DNA from: Chiloscyllium plagiosum
Taxonomy: Eukaryota
NCBI RefSeq assembly: GCF_004010195.1
Contig: NC_057742.1
Span: 2,896,714 to 2,960,713, forward strand
Direction of reading: 5' to 3'
Length of the DNA: 64,000 bases
The number at the start of each line of letters is the position of its first letter. Positions within the stretch are counted from its first letter, which is position 1. Shown here one piece after another: positions 11,586 through 24,428 of this stretch. A program made the position numbers and the translations under genes. The notes below the pieces were generated by a model, which made no database searches, was not told the origin of the DNA, and saw only the letters and a program-made list of their open reading frames with translations.

Positions 11586-12319
11586 CTGCACCGGGAACCA
11601 TCCTGACGTTGTTAAGGTTGTGTTAGTTTTCCAGGTGACGGTTGTATTGGGTCAAGGAGAAAAGCTTCCAATACACTTCAGTAAATATGCCTGTGAGATC
11701 ACCATCCCTGAGAGCATTCTCTCACCATGACATTCCATCCTCATATCCATTAGCACCAACTGCAGCAAACGCTTCCAGCGATCTACAAGTTAGAATTTAC
11801 CATCCATCCTCTGCTCCCAGTGAGGAGCAACCTCAGTTTGAATGGTCTTTTTGGAAATGTAGCTGATTCTAAAAGTTCTTGCCTCGCATTGGCAGGGAAT
11901 TCAAAACCAGACCTCAAGTTAGCTGGAACCGATTTTGAAATTGTGAGCTCAACAATAATTGTTCACAGTTTTGATGCTCAAAGGGTCGAACTTCAATTTA
12001 TCATTTGTGAATCGTTCAGACCAGTTCTGTAACTCCTCACCCAAATATCATGAAGCTCGTACAACAAATGCTAAAAGGGTTAAAACAACCCATAACTGTG
12101 ACACTCGCCCCTCTCTGCTGCAAGTCATGAGCCCCATCTCCTCTGCTGTACGGTGCAGCACACTGGGATCGTGCTGTGTGCTCAGCAGCCAAGCCAGGCC
12201 AGAAGCAGTAGACAATGCAGATCATCACAACAACAAGTCTAGCCCCTTCAATTCAACTAGCAGCTGCAGAAATAATTTAGAAGGCCATGCACATAATCAG
12301 AGAAACTACAGCATAAATT

Positions 12320-13215
12320 GCTCCCAGTGCAGTACTGAAGGACTGTCACACTGTTGGAGATGCTGCTTTTTGGATGAGAGGTAAACCCAAGGTTCCACAT
12401 TCACTGTCACCTGGATGTAAGATGCAAGATCCTGTGGCACTAAATCTGAAGAAGTATAGAGGAGTTTGGATGTAGGTTTGCTCGCTGAGCTGGAAGGTTC
12501 GTTTTCAGATGTTTCGTCACCTTACTAGGTAGCATCTTCAGTGAGCCTCCAGATGAAGCACTGGTGGTATGGCCCGCTTTCTATTGATGTCTTGGGGTTT
12601 CCTGAGTCAGTGATGTCATTTCTTGGGGTGACATCATTTCCTTTGATGTCATTTCCGGTTATTTTTCTCAGGAGTCGGTAAATGGGGATCCAAGTCAATG
12701 TGTTTGTTGATAGAGTTCCAGTCGGAATGCCATGCTTCTAGGAATTCTCGTACATGTCTCTGTTTGGCGTGTCCTAGGATGGGTGTATTGTCCCAGTCGA
12801 AGTGGTGTCCTTCCTCATCCATATGTGAGGATACTAGTGAGAGTGGGTCATGTCGTTTTGTAGCTAGTTGACATTCCTGTATCCTGGTGGCTAGTTTTCT
12901 GCCTGTTTGTCCAATGTAGTGTTTGTTACAGTTGTTGCAAAGTATTTTGTAAATAACATTAGTTTTGCTTGTTGTCTGTATCAGGTCTTCAAGTTCATTA
13001 GCTGCTGTTTTAGTGTGGTAGTGGGTTTGTGGGCTACCATGGTGCCAAGGGGTCTGGAGCTGGAGTCTGAGAACCAACAGCAAAGCAAATCAGTCTGTGC
13101 TGCTCAGTGTCCCGCTGCTTCAGTCAAACTGACTGCGTTTCCAACTTTCCAACAGCAGCTACACTTCAAATCTACTCCACTGGTTGAAAAGCATTTTGGG
13201 ACATGGCAAGATCTG
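12320..13215 (+). mobile_element. Old Deu-SINE-like relic interrupted by a PLE
   Basis: cccagtgcagtactga...ctgttggagatgctgctttttggatgagaggtaaacccaagg...gatcctgtggcact resembles the Deu domain; tail resumes ~13090-13215. Confidence 0.55.
12468..13060 (-). mobile_element. Penelope-like element 3' end: GIY-YIG endonuclease remnant plus pseudo-LTR with HHR
   Basis: ORF 12649-13083(-): NVIYKILCNNCNKHYIGQTGRKLATRI...H.FDW...REFLEAWH...SIN; HHR core CUGAAGA-stem II-GAAACAUC at 12508-12541(-). Confidence 0.93.
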
Positions 13216-13617
13216 TTATCTTTTTTTAAATTATCCTTTGAAAGGTCAAGGTGCCACCTCCATGTAGCTGAACTACAACTTCTTAGACAGAGACAGGAAA
13301 TGCAAGTGAGTGATTTACACCAAATCTGCTGGCATTCTGAGGTTCACATTCTCAATGCTTGTTCCAGATAACACCACAACGGACTGGCTGACTCTCCCTG
13401 CTTTTACACCAAACAGAGAATGAGATCAGAAAGTTAAACTTGTCATGAAGGAAAGCTAAAGCCAATTGTTCTCAACAATCCATTGTGACTGTTTCAAAAT
13501 TAGTCAGAGGAAACACTTGGGAATGTTTACATCTGAATTTCCAACTTGGAAAGAGGCCATTCAGCCCAACTGATCTATGCTGGAGTTTATATTCCAGCCT
13601 CTCTTCATCTCGCACAA

Positions 13618-13935
13618 TGGGGAGGTGATGGTCTCGAGATATTATTGCGAGATTATTAATCCAGAGACCCAGATCATATTCTGGGGAGGCATGGCAGGTG
13701 GGATTTGAACCTGGCAGATGCTGGAATTTGAAATTATTGAAACAAAAAAACTGGAATTAATGGTTTATTGACAACTGTGAAACTGTGGCAGTTGTCGGGG
13801 AAAACTCCATCTGCTTCACTAATGCCCTTTAGGGAAGGAAACTGCTGTCCCTACCTGGTCTGGCCTCACTATGACTCCAGGTTGACTTTCAAATACCCTC
13901 TGAGCAATGATTGCTGGCCAAGCCAGCGATGCCCA
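13618..13935 (+). mobile_element. tRNA-derived SINE (family of the 5730 copy)
   Basis: ggggaggtgatgg...ttaatccagagaccc...agggaaggaaactgc...gccagcgatgcccaca. Confidence 0.75.
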
Positions 13936-14250
13936 CAATCTCACAAATGAATTAAAGAAACCCAGATGGATTATGTTGTTTAATCTCTCACATGTACTTA
14001 TCCAGCTTCGCTACCATTCACCTCCATCATTCCCCGAGGTGGTCAGGTCCACACCTCTGTCACCGCAGAGCTCAGAGTTCTCGATGGGAAGTGGCTATCT
14101 TATAAATTCTATTACAGAACTGTGACGCAGTTGAGGGACTAATATTGGCTCAAGAACTGAGCTGTTCTTCAACCTAGCAGGGTACGGCAACTTTTAAGCT
14201 CACCCGAGGTCACAGACGGAGTCTCAGTTTAAAGTTGCTGAGGCTGTGCC

Positions 14251-14512
14251 TCTGACAGTGCAGCACTCCCTCAGCACCGACCCTCCGACAGTGCGGCACT
14301 CTCACAGCATCAACCCTCCGTCAGTGCAGCACTCCCTCAGCACTGACCCTCCGATAGTGCGGCACCCTCTCAACACTGACCCTCCGACAGTGCAGCACTC
14401 CCTCAGCACTGACCCTCCGACAGTGCGGCGCTCCCTCAGCACTGACCCTCTGACAGTGCGGCACTCCCTCAGCACTGACCCTCCGACAGTGCGGCGCTCC
14501 CTCAGCACTGAC
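14251..14512. repeat. 33-bp minisatellite, 8 units, likely amplified from a Deu-SINE segment
   Basis: Unit tccgacagtgcggcactccctcagcactgaccc; preceded by a - strand Deu-SINE-like segment (~14130-14250). Confidence 0.92.
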
Positions 14513-14664
14513 GACAACGCTTCGGCTGATTTCTAACTTGCTGTGCTTTTCCAGCTTCACATCTATAGACTCGAGTTGGACAGGACTGAGGGAGCCAGTC
14601 AGGAGAATGTGCCAGGAGCTGGTTACAGGGCAGGGGTTTTACACGTGAGTTGAGGGAATCAAGG

Positions 14665-14805
14665 TGTGGAGGCGTTGGTGTTGGACTGGGTTGGACAAGG
14701 TCAGAAATCCCAAGCTTTCAGGGTACTTTGAGGATTAGCACCTGATGAGGTAGCAGCACTCTGAAACCTAGGGTTCTCAAATCAACCTGTTGGACAGTAA
14801 TCTGA
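14665..14805. mobile_element. Degenerate fold-back PLE derivative (family C)
   Basis: tgtggaggcgttggtgttggactggg...; decayed core ctgatga...gaaacct; homologous to 22070-22379 and 51276-51422. Confidence 0.6.
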
Positions 14806-15857
14806 AGCCGTGTGAGGGAATCATTGATGGTCTCTCGCAGGTGAGGAGGACTCTCTCCCACTCTCAGACCAATGCAGCTACCTCATGCCGTGTGACACTG
14901 GGGGCAGGTAGTCGGGAGGGGGAAGAGGGGGGAAAGGGGTGGGTGAGGCGTTGCTGTTTCCTCCCGGCCTCTGCTAATTCCCCGACATCAAGTGTCCAGG
15001 TGCACGACACCTTCCCAGACACGCCTCCCCCACTTTGGACATTCCTGTGCCAGTGATTCCCAGGTGTTGGTGGGAATGCTCCCCCCCCCCCAAGTCCGGC
15101 CTGCAGAGTACCCCTGAAGCACTAGCCCAGCCCAAGTGTCTCAGTGCCAACAGGAGAAAGCCCTTACCATTCCAGCAAACAGAACCAAGCGTTTTCCGAT
15201 CGAAGGCTGAAGCTAACCTCTGGAACAAGTCCTCATGTCAATCTCTCCACTCTCAGAAGCAAGAGTTTGAAGTCTTCAAACTCCTGAAGCAGCAGCTTCA
15301 AGATGTACCTCCCTTGCTTGGCCACTGGGTAGCAGCATAAGCCCAGGTTTAGTTGAACAAGTTTGGTTTGGTTTTATGGGAATGTAAAACTAGCCTTTGT
15401 TCCCCGCCCCCAACCCCCTCCCCGACACTAACCACCCCCAGCCCTAACACACACAGATAATGCCAGATCAATCACAGTAAACAAATCTTCCTCCAAAAAC
15501 AGCAGGCTACACACAGGGTAATGAAAAATCAGGAGACAAGGTGTGTTAATACCTTTCACCAGAAGGAACTTTTAAATGAAGATAATTCCAAAAAAAATGC
15601 TAGTTTCCTGAGAGATAACAGCCATCAATCCATTACCCTTCTTCCTTGTGTAGGAACAGGAGACTTCCGCTCTGCCCCTCTACTCCATACTATCATGGTT
15701 TTCAGTCCTGGCTGTTTTATCTCCTTCCTGACTTGGTTCATGTTCCTGACACTCAGCTGAAATCTATTAGTCAATATTTTGAAAGTTTTCAATTTAACCC
15801 CTTCCCTGCCTGGCCCCAGCTCCCAGTTTTATTTTTGGCTTGGTTCTCATTGGAGGT

Positions 15858-16068
15858 AGGAGAAAGTGAGGACTGCAGATGCTGAAGATCAGAATTGAGA
15901 GGGTGGTGCTGGAAAAGCACAGCAGGTCAGGCAGCGTCCGAGGAGCTGGAGATTCGATGTTTCAGGAATCAGGATTCCTGATGAAGGGCTTCTGCCCAAA
16001 ACGTTGACTCTCCCGCTTCACAGGTTTTTCCTGACTTGCTGTGCTTTTCCAGCACCACACTCTCAACC
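15858..16068. mobile_element. Fold-back PLE derivative with HHR core
   Basis: TSD ctcattggaggt at 15846-15857 and 16069-16080; CUGAUGA-A-GGGC-UUCU-GCCC-AAAACGUU from 15978 (G12 mutated to A). Confidence 0.85.
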
Positions 16069-16197
16069 CTCATTGGAGGTCTTCTTTGTCTACGTCTCTC
16101 TGTCTATGACTATGTCATCTTAACGAACCTGTTCAGACACACTGGGAAATCAGACTTGGGCAGGTGGGACTGCTAACCTAGAGGTAGGGGAGCTCTA

Positions 16198-16625
16198 GGC
16201 CATTCAGCCTGTGAGTCTGTCCCACCATTCAGTGAGATCATGGCTGATCCGTGGCATACCCCTGCCTTTGGCCATTATCCCTTAATACCTTTGTTTAAGA
16301 AAAATTTAACAGTCTCAAGTTCAAAATCTAACAACTGATCCAGCATCCACTGCTGTTAGTGGAAGAGAGTTCCTAACCTCTCCCACCCTTTGTGTGAGGA
16401 AGTGCTTCCTAACATCTCTCCTGAATGGACTGGCCTCAATTCTCAGACTATGTCCCTCGTTCTAGAATCCCCAACCAGTGGAAATAGTTTACCTTTATCC
16501 ACCCTGTCTTTTCCTGTTAAAGTCTTGAAGACTGTGATCAGATCATCCCTTAACCTTCTAAATTCTAGAGAAAACAGGCCTCATTTGTATTATCTCTCCC
16601 CATATCGTAACCCCTGAAGTGCAGG
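16198..16625 (-). mobile_element. CR1 LINE 3' fragment
   Basis: ggccattcagcc...gagatcatggctgatc...tgtgtgaggaagtgcttcctaaca. Confidence 0.8.
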
Positions 16626-17821
16626 TATTGTTCCTGTGACAATCCAAAGACAGTCTCTCCTTCCAAAGGCATGGGGCTTGGCTCTGCTTACATTACCCCA
16701 AATCCCAGTCCCTCAGGAGAATGTTCTCGGGCACGGGTTCCAATCGCTTCAAAACCATCAACTCTGATTTAAAACAAAGCAAAATTCTGGAATTAAATGC
16801 TTCAATGTGACTCTGCAATGACTGTTGTTAAAAATCCCGTCTAGTTCACCAAGATCTTTAAAGGGAAGGAAGTTGGCTGTCCTTCCATCATCCGGTCTGC
16901 AGACAGTGACTCCGGAATGACAGCAATGTGGTCAACCCGTAACTGCCTTCTGAAATGGCTCAGCCAGCCACTCAAGAGGCAATTAGAGGCAGGCAACAAA
17001 TATGGCCAACCAGTGATGCTCATATCTCATGATCAAATTCAGAGGGAGTTGAGCCAAATGCTGCCAAATGGGATTAGATTATAACATCGAGTCAGCATGG
17101 ACAAACAGGACTGCAGGGTCTGTTTCCATGCTGTACATCTCTATGACTCTAAAGTAAGAAAATGGACAGTACCAAAGATCCTGTGATTTTGAGATTCCCT
17201 CCACCATCTCTGGAATGGCTGCTTTTATACCAATCTCCCTGTCTCCTCTGGCCTGACTTACAGACTCAGCATTTTAATGTGGAACTCACGGAGTCACAGA
17301 TGGGGCCGGCGAGGAGCTCAGCAACTCCCTCCGTTCAGTCGCTGTCACCTGGTCCTGGGACGACACAAACTATTTCAGACTTGCGGCTGGTTTAAACCCA
17401 CAGTGAACCCTGGCTGGGATGGAATATCACTTTGTGCTCCACGTCAAAAACCTGGAGCAGAACTTCATATCCAATCTCTTCTCGGAGGTGGATATGGAGG
17501 GGATGCTGAGGGGGACGGGGTGAGGGGGTGCCTGGGATGGAGGGTGGGTGAAGGCCCCCAGTTAACTGTCAATTGAGCTTCGAAACACTCAGCCTTCCCA
17601 AAGCGAGGTGCCTCAGATTTCTGGCTGGTTCCTCAGTTCGGTGGGCGAGAGCCCTGTCACCCCGGGGTCAGGGTGGGGTCCCTGGTCAATGGCACCTTCT
17701 GAATAAATCAGGTTGCTCCCCATTTTATCTGCTCAACATCTGAACCAATGAAAGGGAACTTTTGTATTTCTGCTATCTCTTTCATGACACTCAGAACTTC
17801 CAACACACCATAGACACAATA

Positions 17822-18050
17822 CAGGTCGTTCTGCTATGAGGCAACAGCGGTGTTCCTCTGGAAACCCGCGCTATAGAACATCGCGCTATGGAAAACCACT
17901 CGAGAAAATCACGCTCTAGAAGATCGCTAATACAAAATCGTTATACCCATACATTGGAACGTTTGCATTATCCAAACAAGGTCCACAATTCATCAATCGC
18001 ATTATAGCCAATTCACGCTGACAAAACATGCGGTATAGCGGAACGACTTG
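17822..18050. mobile_element. Tc1/mariner (Tigger/pogo-like) MITE
   Basis: TA|caggtcgttctgctat ... atagcggaacgacttg|TA (14/16 TIR match, TA TSD); internal cgcgctat.gaa repeats. Confidence 0.85.
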
Positions 18051-18549
18051 TACAGTGCAACAGACTGCACTGGAATGCTGAAATGTAGGCACAGCAAGAT
18101 CCCACAGACAGTAGTCCAACAGAGCTTCACCTGGAGTGGTTTCTGGAGATAGAGCAGCATGGACACTCTATTCTACTGAGGATCTCCAAGAGGGTTGGAA
18201 TTTAATTTGAACTGACGCAGTTTGGTGAATGAAAGAATGTCTCTTGGACCACATCAGGCTGAAGAGACAGCTGGGGTTTAATCACAAAGATCTCGGTGGG
18301 ATCTGGGACTAGAAGAGGTTGTACCAAGAGGAAGAGGGGCTGGAGAAGCTGGTCACAGGCAGCGATGGGAGGAATGCTGACTCCAAAACCAGCCTGAATG
18401 TGCAGCACTCCCTCAGTATTATACCAGCAGCAACTAATCTCAGTGACAAACTCCACACTCCTGCCTGAGACATGGGCCTTCTGAGGTAGAGCTCCGAATG
18501 ATACCTACTGAGCTATAATGCTAATGGGCTAGGGCTATAAGTAAGAGTG

Positions 18550-18830
18550 TATGCACTAAGAGGCCATTCAGCCCATCGAGTCTGCTGTGCCCTTTATTAC
18601 AAACATGGCTGATCTCATCTTGGCCGCGATGCCACTTCCATACCCACTCTCCTTAGTCCTTCAAACGGTTACTCATTAAAAATCTGTGTATCCCCTCCTT
18701 AAATTCACTCAGTGTCGCAGCATCCACCTCACTCTGGGGTTGCGAATTACACAAATTCTTTGAGAGAAATAATTTCTCCTCATCTCTCTTTTAAATCTGC
18801 CCCCCTTGTCCTAATACTATGACCCCCCCC
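18550..18830 (-). mobile_element. CR1 LINE 3' fragment
   Basis: aggccattcagcccatcgagtctgct...atggctgatc...tttctcctcatctc. Confidence 0.75.
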
Positions 18831-19039
18831 CCCCATTCTATGACCTTCCTTCAAAACCCTCTTTCACACTGTCTGTTCAGCCAGGTGTTTGAACACGTCC
18901 CTTCACCACATTCTCACTCCATCAGATATCCCTCAGGGTAGACTGGGTGTGTGTGTGCTGGAGTCTCTCTATCTGAGTGACTGGTGGGTCCCACACTTGC
19001 TCCCTTCTGGATGAGGCAGTTTGGGGACCGTCTCGAGTA

Positions 19040-19350
19040 TAGACAGAGTTAGTGGGAGTTGTCTTTTCCCTATGATGGGGAATTCCAAGATTAGGGGGCA
19101 CATTTTTAAGGTGAGAGGGAAGAAAAAAGAGACTTAACAGGCCAAGTGTTTTTACACAGAGGGTGGTTCGAGTGTGGAATGAAGTGGTGGATGTGGGTAC
19201 CCTTACAATGTTTAAACGATATTTGGATAGATGCAAAGTTTGGAGGGATATGGGTGGGGAGCAGGCAGGTGGGACTAATTTAGTTTGGGATCATGTTCAG
19301 CATGGACTGGTTGGACCGAAGGGCCTGTTTCCATGCTGTATGACTCTAAA
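19040..19350 (+). mobile_element. CR1 LINE 3' fragment
   Basis: tttttacacagagggtggttcgagtgtggaatga...ttggaccgaagggcctgtttccatgctgtatgactcta. Confidence 0.8.
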
Positions 19351-20217
19351 AGACTTAGAAACTGGAATCTCAGAATAATGCAGCACACAGAGGAGCCACT
19401 CGGCCCAATAAGCCTGTGCTGGGTCTTTGAATAAGCTTTCCAATCAGTCTGAGCCATCCTCCTGTTTCCCCCCCATACAATGTCCTTTCCGTGGTTTCCC
19501 CAATTCCCTTTGGAAAGGTATTCATGAGCCTGCTTTCACTGCTCTTTCAGGCAACACCTTCCCATTATCTCTCAAACACAGACACTACAGTGCTGGAAAT
19601 GTGAAACAAACACAGGGAACACTGGAGAAACTCAGCAGGTCTAGCAGCATCCGTGGAGAGAGAAACAAAGCTAATGTTCAGTCTCTGATAGGACTCTTCT
19701 TTCTCCACCATTCTCTGTAAAGTTTTTTTTTAAAACTTCATTTCCCTAATTTTTGTACCCAGTATATTTCAGTACCTAAGGTGGCACTATACATGGTGAC
19801 ATTGTACACATTTCACTGTATTCCTGTTCTTGAGTACATGTGACAACAAAACATAATTCTAATGGTGCTTGTGTCCCTTAAATCTCTGTTATATCTTAAC
19901 CTGCCCGGAAACCGCTTACTCTTACATCGATATCTTGTAGCAGGCAGGTTGTAGTTAAAGGGTTCCGTTGTGCCATTGAGTTAGAGGGTTATAAACTACA
20001 ATGTCTGATCTCAGGAGCCACCTAAACACTGCCTGCGGCCTGAGTTATAGAGTATTAGAATGAAGAGTCCTGTTCAGGAGCAGACTGTGGGGAATGTGTA
20101 CGGTCTTTGTTCAGATTGGTCAGTCAGAGTTCGGGGCTATGTCTGGGCCCTCAGTTTGAAGATCTCTAGCAGTCGTTCAATCGTCACTGAGCTTCAAGCA
20201 GTTTCCCAATTCCCAGC

Positions 20218-20897
20218 TCAGGGGAAATGAGGAAACTGGTGAAATCCGAGTTCATCCCTTGTGGTTGGAGGGTTCCTAGGCGGAAGATGAGGCGTTCTTC
20301 CTCCAACTGTCGTTTTGTTGTGGTCTGACGATGGAGGAGTCCAAAGACCTGCATATCCTTGGTGGAGTGGGAGGGGGAATTGAAATGTTGAGCTACAGGG
20401 TGGTTGGGTTGGTTGGTCCGGGTGTCCCAGAGGTGTTCTCTGAAACGCTCCGCAAGTAGCCGGCCTGTCTCCCCAATATAGAGGAGGCCACATCGGGTGC
20501 AGAGTATGCAATAGATGATGTGTGTGGAGGTGCAGGTGAATCTGTGGCGGATATGGGAGTTTCCTTTGGGGCCTTGGAGGGAGGTGAGGGGGGAGGTGTG
20601 GGCGCAAGTCTTGCACCTCCTGCGGTTGCAGGGGAAGGTGCCGGGAGTGGAGGTTGGGTTGGTGGGGGTGTGGATCTGACGAGGGTCACGGAGGGAGTGG
20701 TCTTTACGGAATGCTGATAGGGGAGGGGAGGGAAATATATCCTTGGTGGTGGGGTCCGTTTGGAGGTAGCGGAAATGACGGCGGATGATGCGCTGTATGT
20801 GGAGATTGGTGGGGTGGTAGGTGAGGACCAGTGGGGTTCTGTCCTGGTGGCGGTTGGAGGGGCGGGGCTCAAGGGCGGAGGAGCGGGAAGTGGAAGT
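20218..20897 (-). mobile_element. Penelope-like element fragment (second family), GIY-YIG endonuclease domain
   Basis: Manual - strand translation: RFTCTSTHIIYCILCTRCGLLYIGETGRLLAERFREHL...PVAQHFN...EERLIFRLGTLQPQGMN; upstream PLVLTYHP motif. Confidence 0.93.
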
Positions 20898-21613
20898 GGC
20901 TTGGGGTGTCAGGAGGGGAGTTACTCACTGCAGTATTCCTAGCCTCCCAACTGCTTGTGGAGTCACAGTATTAATATGACTCATCCAGTTGAGTTCCTGG
21001 TGCATAAACTGAATCTGTGACATTGTCCCAACCCCCCCCCCCCCCATTATGAGCAGCAAGATCCACAGTTCAGCCCCACTCTCACATGTTGGACCCGTGA
21101 CTGGGTGGGAGAGACTCGAGAGTGAGATGCAGCTGAGACTGGTTCCTGTGGAGAGAAAGCTGCAAGGGGACTAGACTGAAGGATTCTAAACCGAGGGGTG
21201 AGAGGACAGAGTAAACAGGAAGAAAGCATCCCACTTGTGCAAGGATCGAGAACGAGTGGATGCAGGGATGATGTAATTAGTAAAAGAAGCAAAAAGGTGA
21301 AAGGAGAAAAATATTTTCAAACACTGCATGGTTAGGGTGTAGAATGCACCGTCTGGGAGTGTAAGTGCAATGGAAACATTCAAATAGGAATCAGGTGGTT
21401 AGTTTAAAAAAAGAACAGTGTGCAGCAGGATGACAGGTGGCAGGAGAATGCAATAAGTGAGATACTGAGTAGAGCCAGTGCAGAGACACGATGGGCCGAA
21501 TGACCTCCCTCTATGATTGTGTTGGGGGAAGGGGGATTGAAGATACCTATGAGGGCTGCATGGTGCTGCCCATGGAGTAGGTAACCTATCCCGCCCATCG
21601 TTTCAACCTTGTG

Positions 21614-21915
21614 GGGCGGCAAGGTGGCTAGCACTGCTACCTCACAGCGTCAGGGACCCAGGTTCGATTCCAGCCTCGGGCGACTATCTGTGTGGAGTTT
21701 GCACATTCTTCCAGTGTCTGCCACAGTCCAAAGATGTGCAGGTTAGAGTGGACTGGCCATGCTCAAATGACCCATAGTGACCAGGGATGTGCAGATTAGG
21801 TGGGTTAGCCATGGAAATGCAGGTTTACAGAGATAGGGTATGGGGTGAGTCTGGGTAGGTTGCTCTCCGGAGAGTTGGTGTGGACTTGTTGGGCTACACT
21901 GTAGGGATTGTATGA
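21614..21915 (+). mobile_element. HE1-type V-SINE
   Basis: B box ggttcgattcc; V-domain tgtggagtttgcacattct; tail ctgtagggatt. Confidence 0.88.
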
Positions 21916-22069
21916 AGCCCAAGAATCTCATAATGGGCAAGGAATGCTGGGTTTGAAAGGTTAACAGAGGAGTCCATGACTTGCCTAAGCTGCTGTCCTT
22001 TCTGGATCTTTTCCCCTGCGGCTAGGGCTTCAAATTATTGCTGGAGACTTCACTGCCAAATCAGAGAAA

Positions 22070-22379
22070 GGTCAGAAGTCACACGACACCAGGTTATCCA
22101 ACAGCTTTTATTGAAATCACAAGCTTTCGGAGCGTTGTCCTTTCGGGTGTAGGTTTGCTCGCTGAGCTGTCGGTTTGATATCCAGACGTTTCATTACCTG
22201 GCTCAGTAACATCATCAGTGGTGACCTCCAAGTGAAGCACCTGTCCTTTCGTCAGGTGCACTTCACCAGGAGCAGCGCTCTGAAAACTTGTGATTTCAAG
22301 TGAACCTGTTGGACCATAACCGGGTGCTGTTTGACTTTTGACCTTGTCCACCCAAGTTCAACACCAGCGCCTCCACATC
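22070..22379. mobile_element. Fold-back PLE derivative (family C) containing a nested PLE end
   Basis: TSD aaatcagagaaa at 22058-22069 and 22380-22391; inverted arms; HHR-type core ...GCUCC-GAAA-GCUU. Confidence 0.8.
22146..22241 (-). mobile_element. 96-bp PLE 3' end with intact HHR core
   Basis: CUGAUGA-U-GUUAC...GUAAU-GAAACGUC at 22185-22218(-); TSD tgtcctttcg at 22136-22145 and 22242-22251; same family as 12468. Confidence 0.82.
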
Positions 22380-24091
22380 AAATCAGAGAAACAACAAAGA
22401 GTCCTCTTTATCACTGAACCAACGTCACTGGAAGAATATACAAGATTAACTAGCTTTTATCTTATTTCATTGTGGGCGCTTTCTGTGTGCAAACAATGCT
22501 TTGTTTCTTAAACGTCTGAACTAGTGCTGTGGCAGGTCCTGAGGTTCTGAAAGACAACAGAGAATTGCACTGCGTCTGTTATTGACCTTTCTGAGTGACA
22601 CAAACAACAGCAAACATAAAAGAGGAACAGGGAAATGGAAATTTCAGAAAATTGTATCCATGCTATAAACACAAACATGGATTAAAAGAAACTTACATCA
22701 GTCTCATCTAAATCTTTTAGTGATTGCATGTTTTAAACTTGATTTACCTGCTCATAATAAATATGGAAATAAATGACCATTTACCAATTAAATTACACAG
22801 GAGAGTTCAGCTCAAAATAACAATAATGTAATAACAATTTTGCAATTAGATAGCAAAACTCACAATCATTGGAAAATTATTATAATGGACCATAAATTTC
22901 AATTATAATCCCATCACCTCCCTTTTCTACTAATTGATTTCTCTCTTCCCATTTTGTCCTCAATGTCTTCCTTGTCTGAGAGTCTTGGACAGGGAGTAAT
23001 GCTAGGGCCAGGATTGTAAAGTGAGTGACAGAAATTGCCTCCATCAGGCCGGAGCTTCTAACATGAAGACAGTGATCATCAAAGGAGAAGGAGATGTGGA
23101 GACCTTTGAATTTACAAAGGGAGCTCTTCGGATCATGAATACAGTATTTAACTGGAAGTGGAAACGGACCCAGTAGCACTTTTCAAAAAGGAACTGACTA
23201 CATGCAAGAATTTGAGATTATGTAATGCGGTAAAATGTTCTACAGGATGTCACAGGAGCAGACTCGGACAAAATCTGACAGTGACCCTCATAAGGAGGTA
23301 TTAAGAAGGTAATCAGTAGTTATATCAGAGAAGTCGGTTTTAATGATTGTCTTAAAGGAGGGCAGAGGGGATTAGGGATGGGGACTCTGAAACCCTGGGG
23401 CCAAGCAGTTGAAAGTAATGGCACCAATAGTAGAATGGTGGAAATTGAAATGTTTAAGCATCTGGATTTGTACACACAACCCCCAGGTTCCGTTCTCGAG
23501 TTTGTGCACAAAGTTGCTTTATACACCAGCCAGCACACTATCCAAGACATCTCATATAGCTGTTCTTGAGTACAAAGAGCCACTCATGTGTCGGATGTTT
23601 AAAATTAACATTAATCCATACCTGTGTTGGAGCGTTCTTAAGTGTAAGCTTCTGTCAGTCAGACTATTGTAAATAGAGGGGGTCAGGGTGAGCCTGGATC
23701 TGTGGGTGAAGACGATAGACCGAAGGGGAAAGAGTGGGTTGGAAGGGAGGGGGGGCGGTGGGGGGAGTGAGACACATCCTTTCAAACACCCTGCATGATA
23801 GCTCAAATGGCCTCTTGCTGTGCAGTGGGATTCGCAAAAATAGATGGATTTAAACAGCCCTCTGTGCATACATTCACAGCTGCAGAAGACTGAGAGGGAT
23901 TGGGGAAGGAGCAGGGAGACAGCCCAGGGCATTAGGCAGCAGCTAGCAGTCTGTGGCTCTCTTACTGGACATCAGTGTGACTGTGTGACAGGCATGGCTG
24001 AGGTGTGAGATCCTATGTAAAAGGAGCTACAGTCCAAAACAGGGCCCACTTACTTTTCTGTGCAGTCCTGAAGCCACATGGAGAATAATTT

Positions 24092-24428
24092 GGGTGGCAT
24101 AGTGGCTCAGTGGTTAGCACTACTACCTCACAGCACCAGGGACCTGAGTTCGATTCCTGCCTCGGGTGACTGTCTGCGTGGAGTTTGCACATTTCTCCCC
24201 GTGTCTGCGTGGGTTTTCTCCAGGTGCTCCGGTTTCTTCCCTCAGTCCAAGGATATGCAGGTCAGGTCAGGTGAACTGGCCATGCTAAATTGCCCATAGT
24301 GTTAGGTGCATTAGTCAGGGGTAAATATAGGGTAGGGGAATGGGGCTGGGCGGGTTGCTTTGCTGAGGGTCAGTGTGCATTGGTTGGGCCGAATTGCCTG
24401 TTTCCACACTGTAGGGAATCTAATCTAA
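24092..24428 (+). mobile_element. HE1-type V-SINE, full length
   Basis: A box tggctcagtgg, B box gagttcgattcc, V-domain ggagtttgcac...ccgtgtctgcgtgggttt, (aatct)n tail. Confidence 0.95.

Noticed and set aside
14246-14560. Repetitive ORFs (HSLSTDPPTVR)n and a CRISPR-like look
   Set aside because: Pure 33-bp tandem repeat with no unique spacers; the ORFs arise because the unit length is a multiple of 3.
20218-20942. Pro/His/Gly-rich ORFs in the track
   Set aside because: Alternative frames of the Penelope GIY-YIG fragment.
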